This document shows positions 52,861 to 64,000 of a stretch of 64,000 nucleotides of DNA, piece by piece; the first letter of the stretch is position 1; each line of letters starts with the position of its first letter. The stretch covers positions 186,001 to 250,000 of the forward strand of contig JAQGDQ010000126.1 of NCBI GenBank assembly GCA_030141605.1, written 5' to 3'. Below the pieces are notes generated by a model. It had not been told where the DNA came from. It was given only the letters and a program-made list of their open reading frames with translations, and searched no databases. The stretch is from Tubiluchus corallicola. Taxonomy: Eukaryota; Animalia; Priapulida. Position numbers and translations under genes: made by a program.

Positions 52861-53264
52861 TATTTGCTAAATCTTTTGCAGTGTATCTATATAAGTCAGT
52901 AGCTGACCCCTTCTCCGCCTTTTTGTTGTTTCAAGAGTTTTATGTAATGCTCATACTGAGTCATAGACATGGAAAAGATACTTAGACTGGCAAATGAACA
53001 TAGTAAGATTGAACAAGTGGCAACCATGATTGATAAGGGTTGAAAACTTCCTTGTACGTTCAGTGCATTTGTACTAAAAAAATTGTAGGCACAACACGAA
53101 TATGGCAGTTTTAAAATTTTACAAAAAAACTATTTATTTTGGAAACTTTGCAGTGTGTTCTTCTTGACTTCATCAGACTGAAGGCTCTAACACATGACTG
53201 TGCTCTCAGCTTGTGAAGGTCGTGTTAGCGTGAAACTACATCCAGTGCAAATAAAAATAGTTTA

Positions 53265-53346
53265 CAGTGGTGCATAAGTTATGTTCGGTTCGAAAGTTCG
53301 GTTCGATTCGAATTCGAAAGTCACAAATTCGGTTCGATTCGAATTT
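53265..53346. repeat. TTCG(G/A)-rich array typical of a DNA-transposon subterminus
   Basis: CAGTGG start, then GTTCGGTTCGAAAGTTCGGTTCGATTCGAATTCG... The partner end was not identified. Confidence 0.45.
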
Positions 53347-54139
53347 GCTTTCTGGTAGAGAATGCTCACCCCTAACGCCGTTAGGATGAGAAAGGCACTG
53401 AAATGAACGTGCAAAGAAAAGAATTAGAAGTGTAGATTTCTGTTATTGTGCAGAGCGTAGGTTTGAGGCGGTAGAACTTTAGGACATTAAAATAGGTAAG
53501 CTGTCTTTAATTCAAATTTTCGATGGAACGACAACGATTCTGTCGGTGCCTATTTATTTTTTCGCGGTAACGCGCTCATTTACTTTTTATTATTTAGGTT
53601 GCTTCTAGACGAGTTAATGACAGATAAACGCATCAGTTAGACAGTCTCAGTTACTGTGTTAGTCCACCAAACAGTCACGCGCAAGCTTCTTATGGACTGC
53701 CTGTGTGTGTGGGAGAGAGAGAGAGAGAGACGGTGGAAACAGTTTTCTGTACTGAATTTTTTGTTCCATTCTTCGGGAAATGATTATTTTTCTTTCGTTA
53801 TTTATGACAAATTTGAAATCTTATTTATGACTATTTTGCAAGAAAAGTCATAAATAAAGTGCCCTGTGCATAACACTGTTAGTGCACGTTCGCACGGTAG
53901 TTCCATTGCCAAAAATGGCACACGAGGCTTCACTTTTATGTGCATATTCACTCTTGGCGTACGCTTCATTGCCAGTTTATTACCTTCCCATACACTGGTA
54001 ATGTTATATGAGAGGAGACTCTTAGGGTAGTCTTAGTGCATACTCAATCCGATGCAATCTTACAGCTAGTTTAGCATTTCCTCGAAAATGAAAATCGCCA
54101 TGACAGCGCAGTTGCTGCTATCTATGAGAGAAAAAGTGA

Positions 54140-54570
54140 AGCAATACACCCACCATGGAATGAACTCTGTAATCAAACAAGTAATTCTACTTTGGAATTC
54201 TCTACCGTTACAGGTTAAACAAATCAAGTCCCTATCAGTATTTAAAACAAAATTAAAATCACTAATATTAACCAGATATGAAATACCATCACACCAGTAC
54301 GACAACATACACACTAATTCAGAATTCATATATCCACGTCCATATTAATTAAATCATAGTTTTTCATTTTTGTGCATAGTTGTAAATATGTTTGATCTCA
54401 TTCGTCGTTATTTTCCATTACTGCACAGTAGTTTAAATTGCACTGACGCATTTGCCTTTAGCAGTGCAAGTTTTTATTAACTAACACTGATTGATCATCT
54501 CTGTCAAGTTTTTATCAGTGATTATCAATGTATTTTAATGGCAAATAAAGATTATTATATATATATATAA
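54140..54570 (+). mobile_element. 5'-truncated LINE (CR1/L2 group) 3' end
   Basis: GMNSVIKQVILLWNSLPLQVKQIKSLSVFKTKLK, then a 3' UTR stem-loop, AATAAA and an AT-rich tail. Confidence 0.7.
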
Positions 54571-55899
54571 GCAAAATTCTGCGTATTCATGCATCAGAAT
54601 CAGAGAATCGCGCAAACTATTTTCCAAGTCCGCAATCAGATCCGGTTCGCAAAAAATAATGAATGATTATGTAGCTTTAAATATCACAAAGCCAAACCAG
54701 CAACAAGATCGCAGGTTTTATTCTTTCGTACTTTAAATAAACTAGCTGAAGAGTGGCTGCATAGCAGGCTTCATAAACTATTATTAGCGCTACAAATTAT
54801 TTTAGGTGTAATAAGAATGAATATTATGAGAATCACAAGAAATTCAAGTTGACCTACTGAAGCTCACAACTACGATCTGCGTGTTACGCTTGTATGTCAT
54901 TTATGTGGCAATAAATGTCTGTATACTAGAAAGGAATAATTATATTACTTGTAACTCGAGATCAATCATCACATCGTGTCACCATAATCACTTTGATGTC
55001 ATTGTCGTTAATATCAGGCCATTAGCAGAAGCGAATTGACCTTGAGTTTTGTAACTCTAGGAACACCATTATATCATCATCAACAGCAGCAGCTACCACA
55101 GTCATCACTTATTTGTTTATCATCATCATCATCAGCAACACCAGCATCTCCATCAGCATACATGTAATCATCATAAGTTGCCATCACTTTTGTCAGTACT
55201 ATCATTTAAAAATGTGTGCAAATATGCAGTTTACTGCACACTAACTAAAACTAAATAAAGCCGTAAAACTTAGTATGAAAGTAAGACAATTAAATACTGT
55301 AAACGCGATCTATCTAAATCAATGATACAGCATAAAATTTACTTGACATTGATTATGTAATAATTATGAACACGATGTATATTTTGATCCATGCACTTGC
55401 ATTTCTTTAATTTCAAAATCTCAGAATCTGTAGACTACATTAATTAAGCCTATAATAAAATGGTATGTTGTGTTTGCAGAAGTTGCTGATAAACAACTTT
55501 GTTTACTTTTTCGAATGTATTTAGTTTTATTTACTATTATTGACAAAAAGTGTTATCTCACGACATTCCAAACAGCCACTGATCAATGTATTACTCAGTA
55601 CTCAGTTAGTGGCATTGCACAGCAGCAGATTGCGCGAGAAAGCAAAGCAGGGAAAGAACGCCGATAGCACTTCTTGCCCTTACTTTATTGGATAAAACAA
55701 GAACTTTTTGACGTGTGCACATGCATTACAGACATCTAAGAGTTGAAGACTGCTGACCAGTCATTATCAGTCCATAAACAATAAAATATGCCTCATTATT
55801 AGAAAAAATCTAAAAAAATTAGACATTGTATAATTCGCTATTATATCTGCAATAATTCAGGAATTGTCTAGTTCCACAGGTCTGCATGAAGTTTGGGTC

Positions 55900-56090
55900 T
55901 GCAACTCCACAAAAAATTGTGCAGATCCAGGTACCAATCAGAAAACAACTGGTCCTCAGGAATGCAGAAGAGAAAACGAAATAAATGAAGTGATGTATGA
56001 AAAAATTCAAGAAAAAATCAAGATTGCAAAGTTAAAAAAAGAAAAAATATTACTCTTTTGTGATTATAATGCAAAAGTGGTTTAGGCTAG
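55900..56090 (+). pseudogene. LINE APE-endonuclease fragment
   Basis: GPQE...MYEKIQEKI...EKILLFCDYNAKV resembles YxPQ...ILxGDFNAKVG. Confidence 0.5.
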
Positions 56091-56713
56091 GTGTACATTG
56101 AAATCCTAAAATGACAAACAGGTTTCAAATACATCATACAACTTTCATGACAACAAGTTGCCTGCACGTTAGCTAGCAATTATTTCACTGTGCACTACAA
56201 ACAGGTCATGCTGCAGTTCTGTTCTGATCGACTGTCTCACTTTTTGAAATACTGTATCATGAAACATGGTTGAAATATAATTGATAAGATTAAGTTACAA
56301 AGAATAAAAACAAGATATGATTACTATAATATGGATTAGTAGAAGATAAAAAAATATAACAGAAAAATACTGAAAAATAATGGTTTATATAGTCTTGGCC
56401 ATATATAGTTAAAAAGTTGAAAGGTGTATATAAATGTTTTGTAAGCCAGGAGTAGCAAATGACAGATTTTACAGTAAAGCTTTAATTTTCTCTAACTCAA
56501 AATTAAAGCTGTCACCAGTTGAAGCTTGAAGGCTATAGTCAATTATTTTTTGCCTCATGAAAGCTGGCCTTTTATTGCCATAATTTTCATGCACATAAAT
56601 AATGAATAACAGATAACTGCCTAACAGCATGGTATGCATTGTTTGCCTTGCGTTTCTGTGAACTTCAATTTTCAATTACGCATAACTCCACTGTTATACT
56701 TTTGGTTCAGCAA

Positions 56714-57244
56714 TTAACGTTTTTTCTTATCTCTTGGGCCACCCATTTCTTCCAACTGCCCTTGCAGCAATTTTAGCTCTTTATCAGGTATGTATTTCTC
56801 AGTTTCATCTTCCTCTGTGTACTTGTTAACTTTTAACTTCACACCTTCAGGCAAAGATGTTTGTAGCACTTCTAGTAGAACTTGGGCTAAAGTGGGCAGT
56901 AACTCATCAACTTGAACAAAACGTCGATACAGCAAAAGTCTATATTCTTCCTCCATAGACTGACTGCCAGGCTTAATTTGCTGTACAAGCATATTCCGAG
57001 GTGGTAATGCCCAGCTCTGTAGAACAACAAGACCCATTCGTTCTGCAGTCTTGTGAACATATTTCTGAAAGTTTTCTAGCACAACATAGTCATACCCACT
57101 CAACTGAATTTTTAAAGATTCATACTGTGGAATAGCCTCTGGGTTTTCAAAACTGGGACCAAACACAGAATCACTATTTGTAACTCTAGTAATGTCTCTG
57201 GTATACCATCCATTTGAGTACAAACTGGATAGATGCCTGAAGCT
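56714..57244 (-). CDS. MRPL48: MRPL48 main coding exon
   Basis: ttgcttttcag acceptor; SFRHLSSLYSNGWY...GGPRDKKKR*; minus-strand AATAAA at 56576-56571. Confidence 0.9.
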   Translation of the reverse strand, partial: SFRHLSSLYSNGWYTRDITRVTNSDSVFGPSFENPEAIPQYESLKIQLSGYDYVVLENFQKYVHKTAERMGLVVLQSWALPPRNMLVQQIKPGSQSMEEEYRLLLYRRFVQVDELLPTLAQVLLEVLQTSLPEGVKLKVNKYTEEDETEKYIPDKELKLLQGQLEEMGGPRDKKKR

Positions 57245-59665
57245 CTGAAAAGCAAATTAAGCTATTATCTAACTGAAAAAAAGTTTCAAGTGGGTGCCGA
57301 CAACTCTAGTTATTCTTTACCCACAATATTTTCTGAGCGATTCTCGCAAAAGAGCACAACAATAACCATAACAGTATTTCGGGGAAAAACCATGGACTGT
57401 TAGAAATAAGTCTCAAATTGAACAAATTTGTTCTTTGTGGCATATGCAAACTGCAGGCGATTAAAGTAGTTAAAAAGCTAAGATGCTCTCTGAATAAGTC
57501 TGAAGAAAAAGAGAAACTAAGTTTTTATTATAACTCAGTGCTATATATTATAGAATCTTATTTCGCACGTGGCTATACACTAATGTAAACAAAGGAAAAT
57601 CAGATTACGCTTGAAGAGTGATGTTATAACATCTTTTTTTACTTCCGTTACTCTACGAAGTCCAAAAATTTGCAGATTGCAGACATTTATTAGGACTTAC
57701 AAATCATGATTAAAGCTGTTTACAAGCGCTGAATTATTGTCGCAGTTTTAAGTTACTATTTTAAATATTTTTACACTATAATTCTGCTTTATAGACTTTA
57801 TACTACTCTATAGGCTAGAGTTAACTTTAATGCCAGGTGATATCAATCACAGTTTAATGCAGCGGAGACCCCGCCTACCAACGCATTTCCCTGTATATAA
57901 GGGTATTCTGGAGGCCTCTAATGAGATCTAGATTTTGGTATACCGACTTCTTCAATCGTGAAAAAATACTTATAATAAGTCAATTTTTAGGTAAATTTAT
58001 TTATAACTTTTGTAGCTAATGTAGAGAATAGATTGCTATTTGAAATTTAGTGGCACTACGGTCACAAATTGCAGGCCTCAATCCATTTCTGATGTCCAGG
58101 GGTTACCTATACTTTAGAAAATATTGTACAACAAAGTTTTTACCTACTTGAAAACCATAAATTTACCAAAACAATAAGAGCTGATAACAATAATTAACGC
58201 AATTAGTTCAACTCATTTTACTTAGTGCCGATATTAAAATAATTACAATTTTTATTCACTATTTGCTTAAAAAATTGTTTATAAATTTAAAACTATTAAT
58301 AAAATGTCTCATTGACGATTTTAAATTCTGTACCCAGTAATTTGTTCATATAAATTCACTAACTTAGTCACAGAAAGTCCGAACGTCACACAAAATTGGC
58401 TGGTAATATTGAAATGCAAATACAACCAAACTGTAAGTTCCAAACTTGGAAAAGAAAATTTAGGAAAACCTTAATGACTTTCTGTACTAGTGTGCAGATA
58501 AGTTACCCCGAGAAAAAAGACTGCTGTAAACCTTTCAATCGTGCCGTAGCAATCAAAATTTTACCCATGATTCATAGCATATCTAGAATTTGGCTGCATA
58601 TAAATGTATTAAAACTAAATTGCCTTTTGTCAAATTGTCAGAAGCTTGCCATATTGCTAATTAACTTGGAGTCATAAATTGGGTGAAGGTTCCTAAATAT
58701 AATGGATTCATAAGTCAAAAACCTTAGATGAATCGCAGAATATTGTCTTTAACCTGCCGTGTTGCATTAGGGCAGCTAAGTCAGTTGCACACCACTGTTC
58801 TGCCTGCTGCATCCCCAGACAGTCTATTCTATTTCTATTTCTTGCAAAGGGAAAGTAAGTTCCATCTCTTATCAATCGCACTTTATGTTGAGGTAGACAA
58901 CTGGCCGCAAATCAGGAAAAGGGAAGGCTATCACTAAAATCTCAATTAAAAATTCCAAATCTGGAGAGTTGTAATGTCTGGTATTTACTGCAACTGATGC
59001 AGAACTAGGCTATGATTAGGTAGTGTAATTCAATTTCAATGATGCCAGTCCCTTGAACCAAAGCTGTTAACACAATGAAGGATTTAAACAATACAGCAAT
59101 TTGAAATAAAACACGTAAACGCAACGTAAGTTATTATATAGCACTCTGCAAAACTCAATCAACTATAGTACATATTAAGCAAGGCACAAACAAACCCCGT
59201 GATGCAGTGAAAACCCAAGTTGAATCAATGGTGAAGTTACCTCACAGGAATAGGATTGGAATAAAAAACAATGCAGTAGCTAATTGTGAGTGGACACGTT
59301 TCGATTAAGCCACGCCTTTAATTAAGCGCCTTGTCTAAATCGCAACGAGTGTGTCTTCACATTGGAAAATAATCATGAATGCATACAGCTGTGACGCATG
59401 CGTAGTGCAATGGTCTCACAGAACGTATAGCCGTTATAATACAATACAATACAAGTATAAAGTGTTAATAAATTCTAGCAATAATAGTTAATTATTAGAA
59501 ATATTTACAAGTGCTTTTTACATCGTAATTATTTTTTGGAAATTAGAAGGCATGCTGTACATGCGTTGCATTTACGGACTGCACACCACTGCTAACAGTT
59601 ACCTTGCCCAAATTGCATCTTATTTGACAACCTCCAAAAAGCGAGCGAAAGCAACTGATTTCCAT
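56714..59665 (-). CDS. MRPL48: 39S mitochondrial ribosomal protein L48 (mL48), 2 exons, about 197 aa
   Basis: complement join(59665-59603,57244-56714). The body carries IQLSGYDYVVLENFQKYVHK, SWALP, LLLYRRFVQV, LPEGVKLKV and YIPDKELKLL. The first exon is inferred. Confidence 0.85.
59603..59665 (-). CDS. MRPL48: MRPL48 probable first coding exon (mitochondrial presequence)
   Basis: gtaATGG start; MEISCFRSLFGGCQIRCNLGK; AAG|GTAACT phase-0 donor matching the 57244 acceptor; Arg/Ser/Leu-rich with one acidic residue. Confidence 0.65.
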
Positions 59666-59747
59666 TACAGAGCGATAATAATTTGACAGCAAACGCAATT
59701 AAACTTTACAATACAGTTTCAAAGTTGAATAAGGTAACACATATGTA

Positions 59748-60489
59748 GGGCGCCGAGTAAACCACCAGCCGAAGTAGGACACTTCCGCTAAAACGCATGG
59801 GCTAAAATTTGCAGAAAAGCAGTGTCCAAGTAGGACACTAGCGATTTCTATCGAGAATCGAGATTTATGACATAATAAAATATAAAACTAAATTTGTTTT
59901 AGAAAAAATAACTTTATAATAACGATGGATAGTCCTTGACAATTTACAAAATGTATTTTTTACAACAATATCATCATTATTATTAGCTCCATTAATATCA
60001 TCATAACATTTAAACTAATTATCTAATGCTTTAGAGAGAGAAACTATGTAGGGCACATAACTCGCTAACCCGTTTATTTAGTAGAAAACAATTATTTGTC
60101 CAAGAAAGAGTGAAACGGATCACCTGTCTGTGAAGCAGGACAAAATAAAAAAATGATATACCTTAAGAAAATGTTGAATCGCCTAAAAAGTGCGCTTATT
60201 TCACTTCAAAGAAGATTAATATTGGCAAATATTAATTCTTCTACCTCAGAATAAGATTCTTTTAGTTTATCAGATGTATAATAAATTATTCAACATGTAT
60301 TAACGTTTTTAATTATTATTATTACATAAACAAGGACAACGGACGGTGCCAGTACGCTTAACGACTCAATTCGCGACCTGTCTCTATTGTCCTACTTGGG
60401 CAGCCCATGTACGACGCGTCCTACTTGGGCTACACATTGGCCCATGTACGACAATTGTCCTACTTCGGCTAGTGGATTACTCGGCGCCC
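59748..60489. mobile_element. MITE with ~34-bp TIRs just upstream of MRPL48
   Basis: Left GGGCGCCGAGTAAACCACCAGCCGAAGTAGGACA versus reverse complement of right GGGCGCCGAGTAATCCACTAGCCGAAGTAGGACA. Internal GTCCTACTTGG repeats; TSD unclear. Confidence 0.82.
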
Positions 60490-60691
60490 AACTACCGACA
60501 AAACACGAGTCATGGACCGCGTCGGAGCCTTGGCGGCGCGTGCGCAAAACACAGCTACTTGACCTGTTACTGAAATTTATTCAGCTCTTTTTATTGTCAA
60601 AGAGTTCTTTTAAAGGAAAACCGGATGGTTTTTCACATCCTGCCCCATTTTGAAGTATGGCAAAAAGTATACATTTTAAAACTTAAATGGA

Positions 60692-60703
60692 TGCGCATGC
60701 GCG
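60692..60703. promoter_or_regulatory. NRF-1/EWG consensus site
   Basis: TGCGCATGCGCG matches YGCGCAYGCGCR, about 1 kb upstream of the MRPL48 ATG. Confidence 0.35.
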
Positions 60704-61019
60704 GTCAATATGACTGACGCATTTTTTAAACTGTGGTGATTTTTCAGTTTTGCGTGTTATCTATACCATATAAATGCTCAACTCGAATAAATACTGTTTA
60801 GGTAGTAGCTGGGACATAAAGACTTTGAAACGAGCAAGCGTGAGTTGATATTTCTGTAAACATAGTGTTATGTAAACGGAACTATTTTAGAGCGCATTCG
60901 TCAGTGCTATGATTTGGTGTACATGACAAATTAAGTAGTTCGGTGTCTGACATGAAGAAGGAAGATTTCGCTCGCGTTATAAATCCCGATCTCGTAATTT
61001 TGTTGAACCTACGATAAAT

Positions 61020-61535
61020 AATTATATTCTATGTAACTCTATATCAAAACAAGCCATACATTTATGGAACTTAGTACCCAGTGAAATAAAACAAATAGAA
61101 TCTCTCCACCAGTTTAAAAACAATTTAAAAGAACATAATATAATAGGTTTCAACTTCCAAATTATGCATCTGATACTAATTACGCAGACTCAACTTTCAT
61201 CTAACTCCAGAAAATGATTATTAAGAATATAAAATTTATATAATGTCACAGGTGTTATGTTAATTATGTAATATCAAATGTATATATAGTGTAAAATTTA
61301 ATGTGCTTTTATAATATTGGTTTCTCAAAATATTTTAATGTCGCGTTTGTAAATATGTCCATTTATTGTAAATAGTTGGACCTTAGCTCTTGCACTTTAG
61401 TTTTTCTTAGTCTGCACTATACGCATTTGTCTTGAACAGTATTGTTATTTTAACATTACGCTGAGGTTTAGTCAATTTTATTATAATGAGTGAACCATTT
61501 TAGTCACAAATAAAGAATTAATATAATAATATAAA
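61020..61535 (+). mobile_element. 5'-truncated LINE 3' end related to 54140-54570
   Basis: AIHLWNLVPSEIKQIESLHQFKNNLK; 3' UTR with TGCACT..ACGCATTTG motif, AATAAA and AT-rich tail. Confidence 0.65.
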
Positions 61536-61595
61536 TATCAATTAACTTGAAAAACACAACATGTAGAATAATTGGTATCTTCTAACACGTTCAAA

Positions 61596-62070
61596 ATGGG
61601 AAAGACTAGCCACTCGCCGAAGCCAAAGTAGAAGTACTACGCAGTTGCAGCAGGTAGGAAAGAGGATTTTTTATGTCCTGGCCAGAAGTTAAAGAAAGTA
61701 CAGAGTCATCTTCCGGTGGAACTGTTCAAAAATTCTCAACCTACGAGGAAGCTGTCGCATGTCTGCAAAATTGTAACGTCGAACGTATTTGATACGGAAC
61801 TAGATATAGTTTTTAGGTGAAGGTAACAGTCGAGCTGAAATGACCTGTACAAGAAACAGTGAGGAAAGACTGAGGCGAGTCAGGAAACAGCACCAAATGT
61901 AATTGACTCGGGATGCACAATATGCCGTTATAAAGGAGACGAGTTCATGCTAAAATGTGGAGAGTATAAGCAATATGCACATTATTGCTGTACAAAATTA
62001 CCATACTATCAAATCGTAGCCTACAAGAAACTTCACAGAAAACATGAATGTGAATTATGCGTTGATGTTA
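61596..62070 (+). pseudogene. Decayed ORF with an RNase H1 N-terminal hybrid-binding (Cauli_VI-like) domain and a PHD finger; probably a retroelement ORF1
   Basis: MGKTSHSPKPK*KYYAVAAGRKE, frameshift, GFFMSWPEVKESTE...VQKFSTYEEAVACL; then CTIC...MLKCGEY..YAHYCCTKLPYYQI...HECELC. Confidence 0.6.
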
Positions 62071-62399
62071 AAGATCAAGCTACAGTAACGATAAAAGAAG
62101 CGCCGAGAAAACAAGCGAGAGAGAAATATTATATATATAACCTGGTAATTACTTCTTGTTCACCATATTCATCAATGTGTATCGGCACCCACGGTTTTCG
62201 TACTGTGAGGCCCCTTATATGTTGTCTGTGTACCTTCATTCTTGTACTCAGTGTGGAGATAATTTCGTCTACATTGTGTTCTCCTCATGTGACATCAGAA
62301 CAACGTGTAGTACAGTTTAAATTCCCTTTAATTACAAAAATCGCCTTTCTTGACTTTACAACAAAAGGTTTACATTCGCATTGCGATTGCAAGTAGCAC

Positions 62400-63420
62400 A
62401 ACTTGGTTTTTTAAGACACTTTTTAACTCCAGCCTCATTTGGAAATCTTTATTCCGACTTTGACAGAAATTTCCTTAAATTATGAGGTTGACGTCATTAA
62501 CTTGAAAATAAGATAGTGCTCTTCTTGCGATTACTTCTTCTTTTGTGATTAGGGGGTTGACGTTTACGACCCAGCAATTTGGTTTCTCTCATGATTCTCC
62601 CCTGTTTCTCACTGCTGTTCATAGGAAGACTATTCTGGATAATGCGGAATGTGTTTATATTGTTAAGGTTGTATGTGCATTACGAAAATTAACTCGTTTT
62701 GCTCTGGAAATTTTGTTTTTTCTTTAAGTAATTCCTCCTCATCTTGTGATAAAGCTGTCACTTTACCATTGAAAATCATTTCTACTGCATATGAGTAATT
62801 CTGTTTAATGAGGTATTCGCACAACCTGGTCGAGACACATTGATGTGGCAAACAGGACTTTAATGCAATACCTTTTTTCCAGGTTTTTCTAGAGCAAATG
62901 CTGAGAACTACAGAAATGTAATAGAGGAGAATTCATAAAATCTTATGAGGCCACAATTAAACCTCAAAATTAAACAGCTGAAAAATAGTTTTCTCAAGGA
63001 TAGATGGCAGCACTGCCTTGATAAACTGCATACTCATTGTATCTGACCAGTGTTGCCAAATAAAATGAAAGCTGTGTGTAAACATTTAATTGTATTTATC
63101 ATGGAGATCATATATAAGTAAGCTTGATTAGGTAGTCATCAAAGTAGCAACAACATGTAACAACAACATCCAGATGAGTAGCGATTTGAGTTGATGCGGA
63201 ATGAGCTTCAACCAAAAACTGGACTTAATAATGAATAAAATTGTTTTAACAACCACAAGAGAAGTGTTTGAAAGTACTTTTGTCCGGCAAAAATTTCTTG
63301 CATATGTGATCGGCAAATTCAATTTCGACCAGGAAAGAACATTTCGCCCCGACCGACTTTGATTTTGGGTGTCACAACACAATACAAGTGATAAAGTTTC
63401 TGTTGCAATTAGCTTCGTCA
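62400..63420 (-). pseudogene. Possible highly degenerate hAT-like transposase remnant
   Basis: Minus-strand KKFLPDKSTFKHFSCG resembles the MFPDSxxAxxFSCG motif; many stops; boundaries uncertain. Confidence 0.3.
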
Positions 63421-64000
63421 TGTTTGTTTTTTTCCGTAGCTATTAGCTAAGAAAACTTTTAATGCTACGCAGTGAAGTTACTGCGAGCGCGATATTTATT
63501 TTAGCTAAAACAATTCATATTCGTAATGAAATAGAAAAAAGAACTATGGTAAATGGTAAAATGGTAAAAAATCAATAATATTGTGTTTAATTAAATTTGA
63601 GTATTTTGCATGTTTGGGTAGGATGTCATAATCATCTTGAGAACTTCTTGAGGTTTTGTCGATTAACTTTGGTCATTAACAACGTTACAATGCATGTGCA
63701 TGGTTTTCTAGTTTGAGACGAGTTTTTTTAGTTGAAAAGTCTCAACTAAAAATTCAGTAAAATTCAGGAAATGTGATTTTACTTCAAACTTCTTACTTCA
63801 ATTTCATTTGAATGATGTCTAAAATATTCGATTTCAAAAGTAAATTTTCAAAATTTTCACGGTTTGGGATGGGGACACCCCTTGCTCATTCGGGGCTTCG
63901 TTCCTCGCACACCAACCGGTCGTGTAGTACTTCAATTTTGCTTCCGTTGCGGTTGTAGTAAATTTCCGCAGGAATGCGCCGAGACGGTTTATTATACGCC

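Noticed and set aside
53140-53260. Penelope-type terminus or hammerhead ribozyme (CTGATGA on the minus strand; also at ~6205, 10431 and 30938)
   Set aside because: No properly spaced GAAA with a paired stem II could be built.
58754-58812. Alternative MRPL48 first exon MQQAEQWCATDLAALMQHG
   Set aside because: Weak GTTAAA donor and an acidic peptide unlike a presequence; 59665-59603 fits better.
46351-59665. MRPL48 exon 1 spliced to HENMT1 to give a mitochondria-targeted HENMT1
   Set aside because: The phase-0 donor joined to the 47655 or 46351 acceptor runs into ATA TGA, out of frame.

Overview
AT-rich, intron-rich metazoan (probably invertebrate) genomic DNA. Three spliced genes were reconstructed by hand from GT-AG exons with consistent phases: DNAJC11 (+, 15 coding exons, 5344-32397, 566 aa), the small-RNA/piRNA 2'-O-methyltransferase HENMT1 (-, 7 coding exons, 46349-37077, 404 aa, convergent with DNAJC11) and mitochondrial ribosomal protein MRPL48/mL48 (-, 2 exons, 59665-56714, about 197 aa). 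Introns and spacers are full of decayed mobile DNA: a Gypsy 3' end and LTR, L2/CR1/RTE LINE relics (some nested), a pogo/Tigger transposon, hAT and Tc1-type MITEs with visible TIRs or TSDs, solo-LTR-like repeats and minisatellites. The most notable unexplained structures are an inverted repeat pair bracketing DNAJC11 exons 3-14 with an internal long hairpin, a perfect 22-bp palindrome carrying AATAAA on both strands between the convergent genes, a candidate in-frame 30-nt micro-exon upstream of HENMT1, and a decayed ORF joining an RNase H1-type hybrid-binding domain to a PHD finger. Family calls come from recognised motifs, not database searches. I do not see a clearly novel multi-gene system; the findings are hypotheses to test.
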